Part shown: in pieces, positions 38,939 through 47,769 of the stretch
How the letters are laid out: each line of letters opens with the position of its first letter
Position numbering within the stretch: position 1 is the first letter of the stretch
Assembly: GCA_963844315.1 (NCBI GenBank)
Contig: CAWJOC010000035.1
Location: 33,152 to 97,151 of the forward strand
Length of the DNA stretch: 64,000 bases
Direction: 5' to 3'
Origin: an uncultured Planctomycetaceae bacterium
GTDB taxonomy: Bacteria > Planctomycetota > Planctomycetia > Planctomycetales > Planctomycetaceae
Position numbers and translations under genes: made by a program
Notes under the pieces: generated by a model
What the model was told of the DNA's origin: nothing
Databases searched by the model: none
What the model saw: only the letters and a program-made list of their open reading frames with translations

Positions 38939-40015
38939 ATGTTCTGCACCTTTTACGTCGGCTTCCGGGACGGCAAGCCCGAGGTGTTGCCGGGGCTGGA
39001 GAAGGCGTTCGAGCGCGACAAAGGCGACCCGAAGTGGACGGTTCAGGAGCAACTCGAGCACGAGTTACTTGGCAAGGAAATGTTCGCACGCAAGAGCTAC
39101 GGCACCTGCACCTCGACCGCGGTGTACCAGGCCACGGTGTTGCGGGCCCTCGGCATCCCGACGCGCATCATCCTGTGCATCCCACTGGCCGACGGCTCCG
39201 ACATGGCCCAGGTCGGAATGGTCGATCAAGGTCTGACGAACCACCACGTGCGCTATGATTCCTGTCTTGGCGCACTATCGGGGGGCACTGGCTTTGCCAG
39301 CCATACCTTCTGCGAAGTTTTCGTGGGCGGCCGCTGGCGGCGGCTGAACTCCACCACACTGGGTCAGAATGTGCTCGAGCGGAATTACCTGGGGCTGATG
39401 ATCAAAGTGCATGCGTTTAAGGATCTGAGTGAGGCGAACCTTGCGGCAACGTGGGGCACTCGCTACGCCAAGGGTCTGCGGGACGACTTGTTCCAGCACA
39501 GCAACCCCTATCGCCTGCTGGAAGTGAGCGACCACTTTGGCAAGTACGCCAAGGTTCCTAACCCGCCGGCGGACAAGGAACTCAAAGGGGTCACGATTAC
39601 CAAAGCCTATTGGCCCGACAAAAACGCGCCGGCCGAAATTCGAGAGATGGAGCAGCAGCGCGTAAGCGAGGAGCTGTCCCTCACAGGAATCGGCGCTGCG
39701 AAGGGGGACCGTCGTTTTTACATCCACTGCCACGAGTGGCTGGAGGGCGCGGGGGACTATTTGCAATACAAGCTGTTCATGAGGCGAGCCGACAGGACGA
39801 TTTTGCTGCGAGCGAAAGGCCAGCCGGAGGTCTCGTGTCAGGCCTCGATGAATTTCTATACCCATCATTCCCGAAATCTCTGCGAGTTGGAAATCGTCAT
39901 CCCGGCCGCAGAATACGCCAAGATGACCAAGGGCGCCTACACGCTCCACCCGGTCAACGGCCAGAAAGGATACGAGTGGAAGGTGCGCGAGGACGTCAAG
40001 CTAACGCAACAGTAG
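38939..40015 (+). CDS. transglutaminase-like cysteine protease core, fragment 3 of 3
   Basis: GTCTSTAVYQATVLRALGIPTR (Cys), HTFCEVFVGGRW (His). The reading frame continues from about 38875 (DPDQLTDKEVVEQVSRW). Confidence 0.75.
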   Translation: MFCTFYVGFRDGKPEVLPGLEKAFERDKGDPKWTVQEQLEHELLGKEMFARKSYGTCTSTAVYQATVLRALGIPTRIILCIPLADGSDMAQVGMVDQGLTNHHVRYDSCLGALSGGTGFASHTFCEVFVGGRWRRLNSTTLGQNVLERNYLGLMIKVHAFKDLSEANLAATWGTRYAKGLRDDLFQHSNPYRLLEVSDHFGKYAKVPNPPADKELKGVTITKAYWPDKNAPAEIREMEQQRVSEELSLTGIGAAKGDRRFYIHCHEWLEGAGDYLQYKLFMRRADRTILLRAKGQPEVSCQASMNFYTHHSRNLCELEIVIPAAEYAKMTKGAYTLHPVNGQKGYEWKVREDVKLTQQ

Positions 40016-40247
40016 CGGAAAGACCTGGTGCGAATCCGGTCGATGCACGTCCCGTACAGACCGCGTACTGCGGCAAACCCTCGTTGATCAAGGCGACGCA
40101 CTGGGGCGCGGTGGTAGCGGTTCTCCACGAGTATCGCCCGGAACTGCGGAAATTCTTGAAATGCACTTGGGAATACGGTGATATGACCCCCTGGACGGAC
40201 ACAACCGGCCCCCAACAAACCGGCTGTGCCCACTCCAGCACAGGTCA

Positions 40248-40358
40248 TTAACCTTTGGCTCTGTCGATCAGCACGGCGGCCCAGGCGTCGGCGATCTGGT
40301 CGGGCAGCTTGCGTTCTTGTTCGGCGGTGGGGTTGGGGCGTATGATGGGTGCGGTCAT
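40248..40358 (-). CDS. 36-aa member of the repeated small-ORF family (..KLPDQIADAWAAVLID..)
   Basis: MTAPIIRPNPTAEQERKLPDQIADAWAAVLIDRAKG. Its stop is followed by the GC-rich motif GTGGGCAC(A/G)GCCGG. Paralogs at 50687, 51806 and 52704. Confidence 0.45.
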   Translation of the reverse strand: MTAPIIRPNPTAEQERKLPDQIADAWAAVLIDRAKG

Positions 40359-40400
40359 AAACTCTCAAAAAATCATTGTCACAAAGCAGCCGACGTCCTA

Positions 40401-40763
40401 ATGAATCGAAAGCCCCAAGTATATCTTTTCATGATACTGCCCATCTTGTTTTTCGGTGGTTTCGGTTTAATTGCTGCGATGATCTTCGCTTATTCGCAGC
40501 TTTGTGATGTGCCGCGCTCTGCCATACCAGATCTAAATGTTATGTTGATCTCGTTGCCTGCGTTCTTCATTTGGATTCCACTTGGCCTGTTGCTCGGCAA
40601 TTGCGTTTTATATTTGGTCGCCCCGCTTCGGCGGAATTCAGAGAAATACGTCGCAGAGGAAGAAGAAGCCGGATTTGCAGAATCGCAGAAAGCACTGCTG
40701 AAAGCATTCAGTGTCACAGCGATAGTCTGTATTCCGCTAATCATACTTGGGTTTGTCCTCTAA
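40401..40763 (+). CDS. small membrane protein (3-4 TM), AT-richer than surroundings
   Basis: ORF 40317..40763 trimmed to the ATG at 40401 (MNRKPQVYLFMILPILFFGGFGLIAAMIF...). Confidence 0.6.
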   Translation: MNRKPQVYLFMILPILFFGGFGLIAAMIFAYSQLCDVPRSAIPDLNVMLISLPAFFIWIPLGLLLGNCVLYLVAPLRRNSEKYVAEEEEAGFAESQKALLKAFSVTAIVCIPLIILGFVL

Positions 40764-40832
40764 GATTCGTCAACTGCCCCCATCGGTGGACACGATCGGC
40801 CCGTGGCCAAGACCGGCCGTGCCCACCCCAAC

Positions 40833-41340
40833 TTACTCACCCTTGGCTTTGTAAGCCGCACGGAAGTCCCCAAACGCGCAGCCATAGTCAAAATAAACAC
40901 GCCACGTCGCGGCCAGCACGTTGGGATCGGCATCGAACCCGAAGAACTCGACGACGGGCACTTGCCGCCCCTGGAGGAAAGCGACCACGATCGGCATGTC
41001 CTGTGGACTAGCGAACAGATACCAGGCTTTTTGTGCTGGTCCCGGTGAGCCGGTCCGCGTTGGACAACCGGGATTCGACTTCCAAAAACACCGAGTTTTT
41101 CAGCGGGTTACCTGTGGGCACGTCATTGTTGGCTCGCTGAATGAAATCGCTTTGCAGCAGTTCTTTCGCTGGTTGCTGCAATTCGCGCGGGACCAAAACC
41201 GTCTTGGGCCGAATGTCCAAGTCGCGGTTCTGGTCATCCCGCTGGGCCATAATGCGGGTGATGTCCGTGCCTATGTCCACGCTGTCCAACGCCATGGCCA
41301 CCACGGCGATGGCCAAGGGCCTCAAAGCCACGATGATCAC
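40833..41340 (-). pseudogene. phage major capsid protein, C-terminal remnant (frameshifted)
   Basis: ...RPKTVLVPRELQQPAKELL..TGNPLKNSVFLEVESRL..TSTK then (other frame) AWYLFASPQDMPIVVAFLQGRQVPVVEFFGFDADPNVLAATWRVYFDYGCAFGDFRAAYKAKGE stop. No N-terminal half is present. Confidence 0.6.
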
Positions 41341-41559
41341 GGTTTACGATGTCACATTGGGCGAGCCGGAGTTCACCACGCCCGCCCCATCTGCAACGCC
41401 ACCACAGCCGCGATGAATGCCGCGCATATGTAATCTGGCGTTTTCTTCCCGCTTGGGTTCCCTTTTCCGCCCCGCGTCGTTGCCGACGTCGCCCTGTGCC
41501 GCGTTCCAAGGGGTTCGGACGGATTCCAGGGCGTCCCCGGCGGGGAAGGCTTCCACGCG

Positions 41560-41661
41560 GATGAAAACGCAATCGCGGGAACGCGGGTTTTTCCGGCGAT
41601 GGCGGCTGGCGTGGTCAGCGAATTGTGGGATATGGAAGATTTGTACGAAGCGGTGATGTGA
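41560..41661 (+). pseudogene. transposase C-terminal remnant
   Basis: The ending ..TRVFPAMAAGVVSELWDMEDLYEAVM resembles the conserved ..TPAMAAG..D..W....L tail of several DDE transposase families. No upstream body is present. Confidence 0.35.
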
Positions 41662-41687
41662 AGGCGACAAATCCCAGGGTTTTTGCT

Positions 41688-41730
41688 AAACATCCAAGAG
41701 CGGGAAATCCCATTCTTGGATGTTTTTGTG
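41688..41730 (+). terminator. Rho-independent terminator
   Basis: Perfect 12-bp stem AAACATCCAAGA / TCTTGGATGTTT with a 14-nt loop, followed by TTGTGTT. Confidence 0.65.
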
Positions 41731-41744
41731 TTAGGGGCTTTTGA

Positions 41745-42023
41745 ATGGGCGTTGATTGGCTCGACATCCGATGGCGACTTGAACGCCAGTTCGACATTAA
41801 ATTCGAGCACTCCGATTTTGCCCACATTTGGGATAGCGGACGTCGCGACATAACCGCCGGGGAGTTGTTCGACGTGGTTTACACACGGCTTCAATCAGAA
41901 GGCCGACCAATTCCCTTTAGTGGCTGGAACCGGGTTCGGCTGGAATTGGCTCACGCGCTTGTTGTCCCGCCCCAGACCATACGCCGCGAAAATCTGTTGG
42001 TTGCCGATCTTGGCATGGAGTGA
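41745..42023 (+). CDS. hypothetical protein with permuted acyl-carrier-protein-like segments
   Basis: N-terminus GVDWLDIRWRLERQFDIKF..ITAGELFDVV looks like ACP helix II-IV (Ser replaced by Trp). C-terminus ..TIRRENLLVADLGME looks like ACP helix I up to the DLG motif. Confidence 0.5.
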   Translation: MGVDWLDIRWRLERQFDIKFEHSDFAHIWDSGRRDITAGELFDVVYTRLQSEGRPIPFSGWNRVRLELAHALVVPPQTIRRENLLVADLGME

Positions 42024-42214
42024 CGATCAAAACAAATTCAAAGTGTACCACTACCCAGAAAACGTAACGGTGAGGACTGACTTGCTCGGTCCTCCCGTTG
42101 CCCATGCAGCCCGACCGCAGGGTGTGCCGCGATCGCAGGGAGTTAGGTCAACAATCACGGCGACGAATCCTTCCACGGCTACAACCCCGCCGCCAGCAGC
42201 GGCGACACCGCCAT

Positions 42215-42365
42215 GAACACCAGGCTGAACTCCAGGAACCCTTCGGCGGCTTCAAACTGTCCGGCATCGACACCAAAGCCGGCGGCCCGGATTATTTGTT
42301 GCAGTTTTTTATTCCTGTCAACATCACGGAAAACACCATGCGAAGAGGCTTCGCCCCGCCACCGG
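42215..42365 (+). pseudogene. 1-pyrroline-5-carboxylate dehydrogenase C-terminal fragment
   Basis: EPFGGFKLSGIDTKAGGPDYLLQFFIPVNITENTMRRGFAP is the conserved C-terminus of PruA-type aldehyde dehydrogenases. There is no body upstream. Two hairpins follow (GACCGC-TTT-GCGGTC and CCGACGCC-AA-GGCGTCGG). Confidence 0.55.
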
Positions 42366-42550
42366 ATGAGGATACGTTATCCCAAGCCGACCGCTTTGCG
42401 GTCGGTCCGACGCCAAGGCGTCGGCTTGGGTTATCGTTGTGTCGCAGGCGCAGACGAATGGGATGGTGCAGTTCGCAACGCCCTTCGCAAAGCCTCAGAG
42501 CGTGCCACCCGTCCGAAGCTCGCGCTGCACGTCGATTTTAGTGTTCGTCG

Positions 42551-43009
42551 TCATGGGATCTCGGCTTCTCGAGGAATCTCTTTCCAGAGGGCTTTGAGGG
42601 AGAGGTCGATGTCGGAAAGAAACAGCAGCAGCGAGATGATGAGGCAGACCAGGCAGAGAACGAAGAGCAACACGATGAGCGGGGCGATGCACAACTGAAA
42701 GAGTGCGCCCACGAAAAGGCTGATCACTAGAAGGGCAACGAAGAGCACGCTGAAAACCCCGAAGGCGATGCCCGTGCGGATGATTCTGGCTCGCTTCGAG
42801 AGAATGCGAAGCTGCTTGAGAATTGAAGCCCGCTCGGCTTCCGCGACGGCGTGCAAAGCCTGGGACAATAGCCGGGAACGGTCGATCACTCGACCGAAAC
42901 GATTGGTCATCGAGAGCAGAATCAAGCCCACGCCCGAAATCAGAATCACGGGGCCAACCGCGAGTTGCAAAATCGGGATCAGGTCGGACAGGGAGACAAA
43001 ATCAGACAT
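42551..43009 (-). CDS. DUF2721-family membrane protein
   Basis: 152 aa. PILQLAVGPVILISGVGLILLSMTNRFGRVIDRSR plus two further TM helices fit the DUF2721 pattern. Confidence 0.75.
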   Translation of the reverse strand: MSDFVSLSDLIPILQLAVGPVILISGVGLILLSMTNRFGRVIDRSRLLSQALHAVAEAERASILKQLRILSKRARIIRTGIAFGVFSVLFVALLVISLFVGALFQLCIAPLIVLLFVLCLVCLIISLLLFLSDIDLSLKALWKEIPREAEIP

Positions 43010-43187
43010 GACGCATTTGGACCTTCACCACACTGCGGTGACGGACAGGGGGCTGGCTTACTTCAAGGACTGCAAGGCTTTGGTGGCCTTCAACCTGGCC
43101 GGCACTGCGGTGACGGATAGGGGGCTGGCAAATTATAAGGACAACACGAGCCTAACGATACTCCCTGGCTCAACTCGTACACGATGA
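43008..43187 (+). pseudogene. leucine-rich-repeat protein fragment
   Basis: MTHLDLHHTAVTDRGLAYFKDCKALVAFNLAGTAVTDRGLANYKD: two planctomycete-type LRR units only. Confidence 0.4.
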
Positions 43188-43286
43188 CGCCTGAATTTTG
43201 TGGAACGCCCGCCTTCCTCCGGGTAACATAGGGCCGGTTGCTGGAGGTTCTCTAAAAGCAGGCGTGTTGCGATCGGGAGGCGGGTT

Positions 43287-43520
43287 ATGTCGGGGCAGTC
43301 GGCGGCGGATCGGGATTTGTTGTTCGGCCTTGTAAATGGATTTTCTCACTCGCGATCAGTTGTTCGTGGGGCATGCAAGCGTGGGTGAGCGAGCATTTTC
43401 AGGCGATTCTGAGATGCTTGCTCGGAGAGGACTGGACCACGCCCAGATTGGTCGAGACGATGCTTTCACCGGTCGGTCATTGGCGTCGGGAGAATTGCAA
43501 TGGGCACTCGATTTGAGAAA
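43287..43520 (+). pseudogene. N-terminal remnant of a planctomycete-type Ser/Thr kinase leader region, multiply frameshifted
   Basis: GGGAGG then ATG. ADRDLLFGL / MDFLTRDQL / AWVSEHFQAIL lie in three frames and match the DRNLLFG.LALQMDF..RDQL..AM.AW pattern. No kinase domain follows. Confidence 0.4.
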
Positions 43521-43922
43521 GCGAGATTCCACGTCAGCACCGGCCCAGAATCACTATTCGACCGGGTGAGGTTCAAGATGAAGGTGAAGCGGACGCTTCG
43601 GGTCCATGCTTCTCATCTCGCAACACGAGCCACCGAGCGGAATGCTCCCCTCGCCGTGATCGCCGCTTTCGATTCCTGCGAATGGGAACTTGTGACTGTC
43701 GAGGTACGCACCGACACCGGCAAGTTCGTGAACTCAGCCTGGAAGCGAGAGATTGACGGCCAGTGGTGGTGGGTGGTCATCGGCTTGGGTGACACAATCG
43801 AGACCGTGATTGACACGGAAAAGCGAGGTCTGGGCGAGTCCATTGTGACGACCGGAAACCTATACGAACTGGTCGAGCGAGTAAACCGAGACCTGATGAT
43901 TGCAGAGAATGACTCAGTGTAG
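43500..43922 (+). CDS. hypothetical protein
   Basis: 140-aa ORF; alternative start MKVKRTL at 43578. The Trp-rich core GQWWWVVIGLGD belongs to no recognised family. Confidence 0.5.
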   Translation: MGTRFEKARFHVSTGPESLFDRVRFKMKVKRTLRVHASHLATRATERNAPLAVIAAFDSCEWELVTVEVRTDTGKFVNSAWKREIDGQWWWVVIGLGDTIETVIDTEKRGLGESIVTTGNLYELVERVNRDLMIAENDSV

Positions 43923-44239
43923 CCTCAGCGTGTGAAGGTCACCAGGCCGCAATTAGTCACCACGAATTCCAGTTCGGTATAGCCTGGAATTGGTTCCTGC
44001 CAGTTAGCAAGGTTTTTTTGACCTTCACCTTTTGGCTGGGCTTCGTCTTGAATCGTTTTGTTCGATCCGGCTTGGATTCCTCGCGCGTCGGTTATAACCG
44101 CCGATCCAAGCTCGCGGGACTGGTGGCCACGGGCACCACCATGGGCATGGGCACCAGCATCAACATGAGCACCACCGCCATAAACAGGGGACCGAATGCC
44201 AAGGAAACCATCACGGGCGGGGTGTGAGGACAATCACCA

Positions 44240-44482
44240 ACCGCGCCGGCCCGAACACGGCGATTAGCACCATCCACAATAGCCCAACGCCGAGAAACTG
44301 GAACTTGGTCCGGGCGGCAACCTGGCCTTCTGATCCTCTTGGTCCCAGCGGAGGACGTGGTGTCCCACGATCGCGACGCCAGGAACTCGGACAAGAATTG
44401 CTCCGTCAATTTGCGCAGTGAAACCCACGTATCCCATTTCTATGCTTTGACTTGACTGGCAGGTAAAGCCGGGTATTTTCAA
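44240..44482 (-). pseudogene. degenerate paralog of the small gene at 46496..46735
   Basis: IENTRLYLPVKSKHRNG.. / TEQFLSEFLAS.. / HHVLRWDQEDQ spread over frames. The start codon is mutated (ATT). Confidence 0.45.
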
Positions 44483-45138
44483 TGCGGATTGTCGAGGAGA
44501 AATACAAGTTAGGCGTAGCGGGTGTACCGATGGGTGTCAGCGCGTCATGGGGTCGCATCGAAACGTGGCTGGCGGCCAACGCCCCGACGATCCGCAAGTC
44601 GCTCCGGCCAGCCGCCAAGGACGGCTCTTTGGAGAAACTCCAGGGCAAACTCGGGGCCAAGCTGCCGACCGACTTCGCCGAGTCGATCCGACTCCATGAT
44701 GGGCAGAAGTCGGACGCCGAACACGGGCTGTTCCCTGTTGCCGACGACGTTCTCGGACCTATGCCGTCGTGCCGTCTGCTGCCGCTCACTGAGATCGCCC
44801 GCGCTTGGGCGATGATGAAGGAGTTGCACGACGGCGGCGAGTTTGCCGACCGGAAGTCTGATCCGGCGCGGGGCGTCCGGGACGACTGGTGGAACCCCGA
44901 GTGGGTGCCGATCGCGGACAACGGGGGTGGAGATTACTTTTGTCTGGATCTAGCTCCGGGCAAGAGCGGGAAAGCCGGCCAGGTCATCGTCTTCTTCCAC
45001 GACATGAAGGACCGGCCCCGGATCGCCAAGTCTTACGCGTCTTGGTTGGAAGAGTTGGCCCAGGGGTTCGAGTCGGGCACATACGTTCTGAATGAGGACG
45101 AGGGCATTGTCGAGGCTGAGGACGACGAGGACGACTAA
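44482..45138 (+). CDS. SMI1/KNR4 (SUKH-1) family protein, immunity-protein-like
   Basis: SWGRIETWLAANAP..LEKLQGKLGAKLPTDFAESIRLHDGQ..WVPIADNGGGDYFCLDL..VIVFFHD plus an acidic tail. Alternative start at 44530. Confidence 0.85.
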   Translation: MRIVEEKYKLGVAGVPMGVSASWGRIETWLAANAPTIRKSLRPAAKDGSLEKLQGKLGAKLPTDFAESIRLHDGQKSDAEHGLFPVADDVLGPMPSCRLLPLTEIARAWAMMKELHDGGEFADRKSDPARGVRDDWWNPEWVPIADNGGGDYFCLDLAPGKSGKAGQVIVFFHDMKDRPRIAKSYASWLEELAQGFESGTYVLNEDEGIVEAEDDEDD

Positions 45139-45256
45139 CCAAATCTTGCAGCAGACGGGGCCGGCATCACGGCTTTGCTTGGTGTCAAGTCGTTGCAGCC
45201 GGCGCCGCTGTTAAACTTCTTGGTAGGCCTCAAATGCACACAGTGGAGGGCTGGCT

Positions 45257-45553
45257 ATGGCTGTTGATGGCTTAGACGCCGACCTGTTCGACGCGGTCGA
45301 GTTCGGAGATTTGGAGTACGCCAAGGTTCTTCTCGATGCACTGGACGTGGACATCGATGCCCAAGATTTGGCTGGCACCACCATCCTCATGCTGGCTTCC
45401 GGCTACGGGCACATGGAGATTGTGCGGCTGATCCTGGGCGGTGGTGCCGATCTCAACTTGCAGGACAAACAAGGCCGGACGGCTCTCCGGCGTGCAAGTG
45501 AATCAGGGCACATTGGAGTGGTCGAACTTCTCAAACAAGCCGGCGCAGTGTAG
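45257..45553 (+). CDS. ankyrin-repeat protein
   Basis: GTTILMLASGYGHMEIVRLILGGGADLNLQDKQGRTALRRASESGHIGVVELLKQAGA: two clear ANK repeats. Confidence 0.85.
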   Translation: MAVDGLDADLFDAVEFGDLEYAKVLLDALDVDIDAQDLAGTTILMLASGYGHMEIVRLILGGGADLNLQDKQGRTALRRASESGHIGVVELLKQAGAV

Positions 45554-45606
45554 TCTGGCCGCATAGATACCGAATGAGAGTGATGACCGAATAGTTCCTT
45601 CAATAA

Positions 45607-46161
45607 ATGATCTATTGGCATTTTTCCGAGAGGTGGAACATGCTACGCCTTCCCTTTTGGGTCACCATCCTTTTTGTTATTGCAAGCACAATTCTCGGAT
45701 GCGGTGGCTCGTCAACGGAAGATGGGGATAGTAAGTCGCCACCGGGCCAGTCTGCTTCCTCTTCAAATGAACTGGTTCCCGACGGATTGACAATGAGCGT
45801 GCAAACCTACAATAAGCCAGAGGGTAGCTACGATCAGGCGAAGATCCTCACGGATCCCAAGGAGTCGGAAGTCAAGGAACTATTCCAATCTCTGAATTGG
45901 GGAGATCCCAATTTCCGCCCCACAATGAAATTCACCCGGCTTGAGGACGGCAAGATCAAAAACATGCTCGTTGTCCGCAGAAATCAAGAAACCGAGGAAG
46001 GAGAGATTCGGGCCTACTGGGAACCGGTCGAAGAGGGAAAGAAAACGGCTTACACTTCTCCGCCCATCGAGGATCCGCAAAAAGCCCTGGACCTGATCCT
46101 GTTATATCACGCCGAGAATCCCGAATTGGAGAAGGCCATCGACTGGACAACGGAAGGGTGA
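45607..46161 (+). CDS. lipoprotein, unknown function
   Basis: Best start is 45640 (MLRLPFWVTILFVIASTILGC, lipobox ILGC). AT-richer than the genome background. Confidence 0.7.
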   Translation: MIYWHFSERWNMLRLPFWVTILFVIASTILGCGGSSTEDGDSKSPPGQSASSSNELVPDGLTMSVQTYNKPEGSYDQAKILTDPKESEVKELFQSLNWGDPNFRPTMKFTRLEDGKIKNMLVVRRNQETEEGEIRAYWEPVEEGKKTAYTSPPIEDPQKALDLILLYHAENPELEKAIDWTTEG

Positions 46162-46495
46162 ACAAGCAGCCTTTCGGGCCCAGGGTCGGGAAATGGTTTC
46201 AATACTCACCATTACCAGTCAACACCGCCGTGATTCACTGTGAACGACCGGATGGGGCCTACTTCGACTTCGTATCGAGCTTTCACTTTCTGGGGCAAAG
46301 TCCCGTATCCAACGAGGGCGGGCGATGCTCGCGGGAGTTCTTGAACAGTGCGGCCACTTTGAGTTCGACAGGCGGGGCAACATGATGGACTGCGACCCGA
46401 AGCCCGACCGCAAGGTGTGCCGGGACTGCGATGGTTAAGGCGATGAACTCGCACATTCCCCTACCAGAATTGCCGATTAGGAGCCGAAAGACAGC

Positions 46496-46735
46496 TTACT
46501 TCGTTGCCACGCCTTGGTAAATGTAGCCGTGGGTGCGGGGCGTCTTCTCCAGAGAGAACTCGACGATGTTCACGCTCTGAAACGGCTGATCCTCTTGGTT
46601 CCAGCGAAGGACATGGCGTCCCACAATCGACGCCAGGAACTCGGGCAAGAATTGCTCCGTCAATTCCGCGGCGACACCGGCGAATCCGTTCCGCTGCTGC
46701 GACTTGACTGGCAAGTAAACCCGGGTATTCTCCAT
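46496..46735 (-). CDS. small hypothetical protein (MENTRVYLPVKSQQRNG.. family)
   Basis: ORF 46496..46777 trimmed to the ATG at 46735. Lies head-to-head with the plus-strand amidohydrolase. Paralog remnant at 44240..44482. Confidence 0.5.
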   Translation of the reverse strand: MENTRVYLPVKSQQRNGFAGVAAELTEQFLPEFLASIVGRHVLRWNQEDQPFQSVNIVEFSLEKTPRTHGYIYQGVATK

Positions 46736-46781
46736 CCCAATTGTTGAGACCAAAATAAGTTCTGCGAAGGAGAGCACTTAG

Positions 46782-47621
46782 TTGATTGACATGCACATTC
46801 ACGCGGTCCATCCGCAACTCCCCGGCGTCAAGCCTTTGACGGAACTCTACGACGGCCCCATCGAGACGTTGGTGGCCGCCCTGCGCGAGCAAATGCAGAG
46901 CTCCGGTACCAAAGTGCTGCTGGGCATGGGGCACATGAATGGGCAAGCCGACGACCCCTTGGGGGTGGCCTCCACCCTGGAAGTCGCCGCGTCGCTCCCG
47001 GAGTTGCACGCCATTGGTATTGCCGATCCGACCCGCACCGACACCGACCACTTGCAACGGGTCGAGGTCCAACTCCGGAACGGGGGCATCATCGCCCTCA
47101 AGGGCTATCTCGGCTACGTCTATCACGGACCGGACAGTCCCGGCTACCGCCCGTATTTCGAGTTGGCCGCGAAGTATGATGTGCCGTTCATCTTCCACAC
47201 CGGAGACAACTGGTCCAGGCTGGCCAAGGTGAAGTACGCCCATCCTCTCCTGATCGACGAGGTGGCTGTTGATCACCCCGATGTCAAGATTGTCATGGCC
47301 CATTTCGGCAACCCCTGGTGCATGGATGCGGCCGAGGTGATGTACAAGAACGACAACGTCTGGGCTGACGTGTGTGCCATCCTGGTCGGGGATGCGGCGC
47401 ACTTTGCCCGCATCACGGCCTCCGGGTATCTGCGGCGAACGGCCGAGCGGGTGCGTCACGCGATCGAGTTCACCGAGCGGCCCGACCGGTTCCTGTACGG
47501 CACGGATTGGCCGTTGAGCCCGATGGATGTATATCGCGGTTTCGTGCGCGAACTCTTCGACGAAGTCCATCTCCAGGCGGTGTTCGAGGACAACGCGAGG
47601 GCGCTGTTCAAGCTGCCGTAG
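46782..47621 (+). CDS. metal-dependent amidohydrolase (amidohydrolase_2/TatD-like TIM barrel)
   Basis: MIDMHIHAV (HxH), FHTGD, MAHFGNPW, YGTDWP: the metal-ligand pattern of the family. Confidence 0.8.
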   Translation: MIDMHIHAVHPQLPGVKPLTELYDGPIETLVAALREQMQSSGTKVLLGMGHMNGQADDPLGVASTLEVAASLPELHAIGIADPTRTDTDHLQRVEVQLRNGGIIALKGYLGYVYHGPDSPGYRPYFELAAKYDVPFIFHTGDNWSRLAKVKYAHPLLIDEVAVDHPDVKIVMAHFGNPWCMDAAEVMYKNDNVWADVCAILVGDAAHFARITASGYLRRTAERVRHAIEFTERPDRFLYGTDWPLSPMDVYRGFVRELFDEVHLQAVFEDNARALFKLP

Positions 47622-47769
47622 GTCGTAGAACCATCCGCTGTACCTGACCCGGGCCGCGTATAGGAGTTTTATGACCCGTAGCCGCCGCCATGTTGGTTTT
47701 TAGGACTTCAAGCTCACTCGGGCGGCGGCCACTGCTGGGCTGGTCGTCCGGCGGAAGAGGGCGTCACGA

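Noticed and set aside
44100-44230. His-rich (HHHGHGHQHQHEHH) plus-strand peptide or its antisense hydrophobic peptide (MAVVLMLMLVPMPMVV)
   Set aside because: Neither frame has a start codon with an RBS. The stretch lies inside the decayed paralog region 43925-44482 and is most simply a low-complexity remnant.
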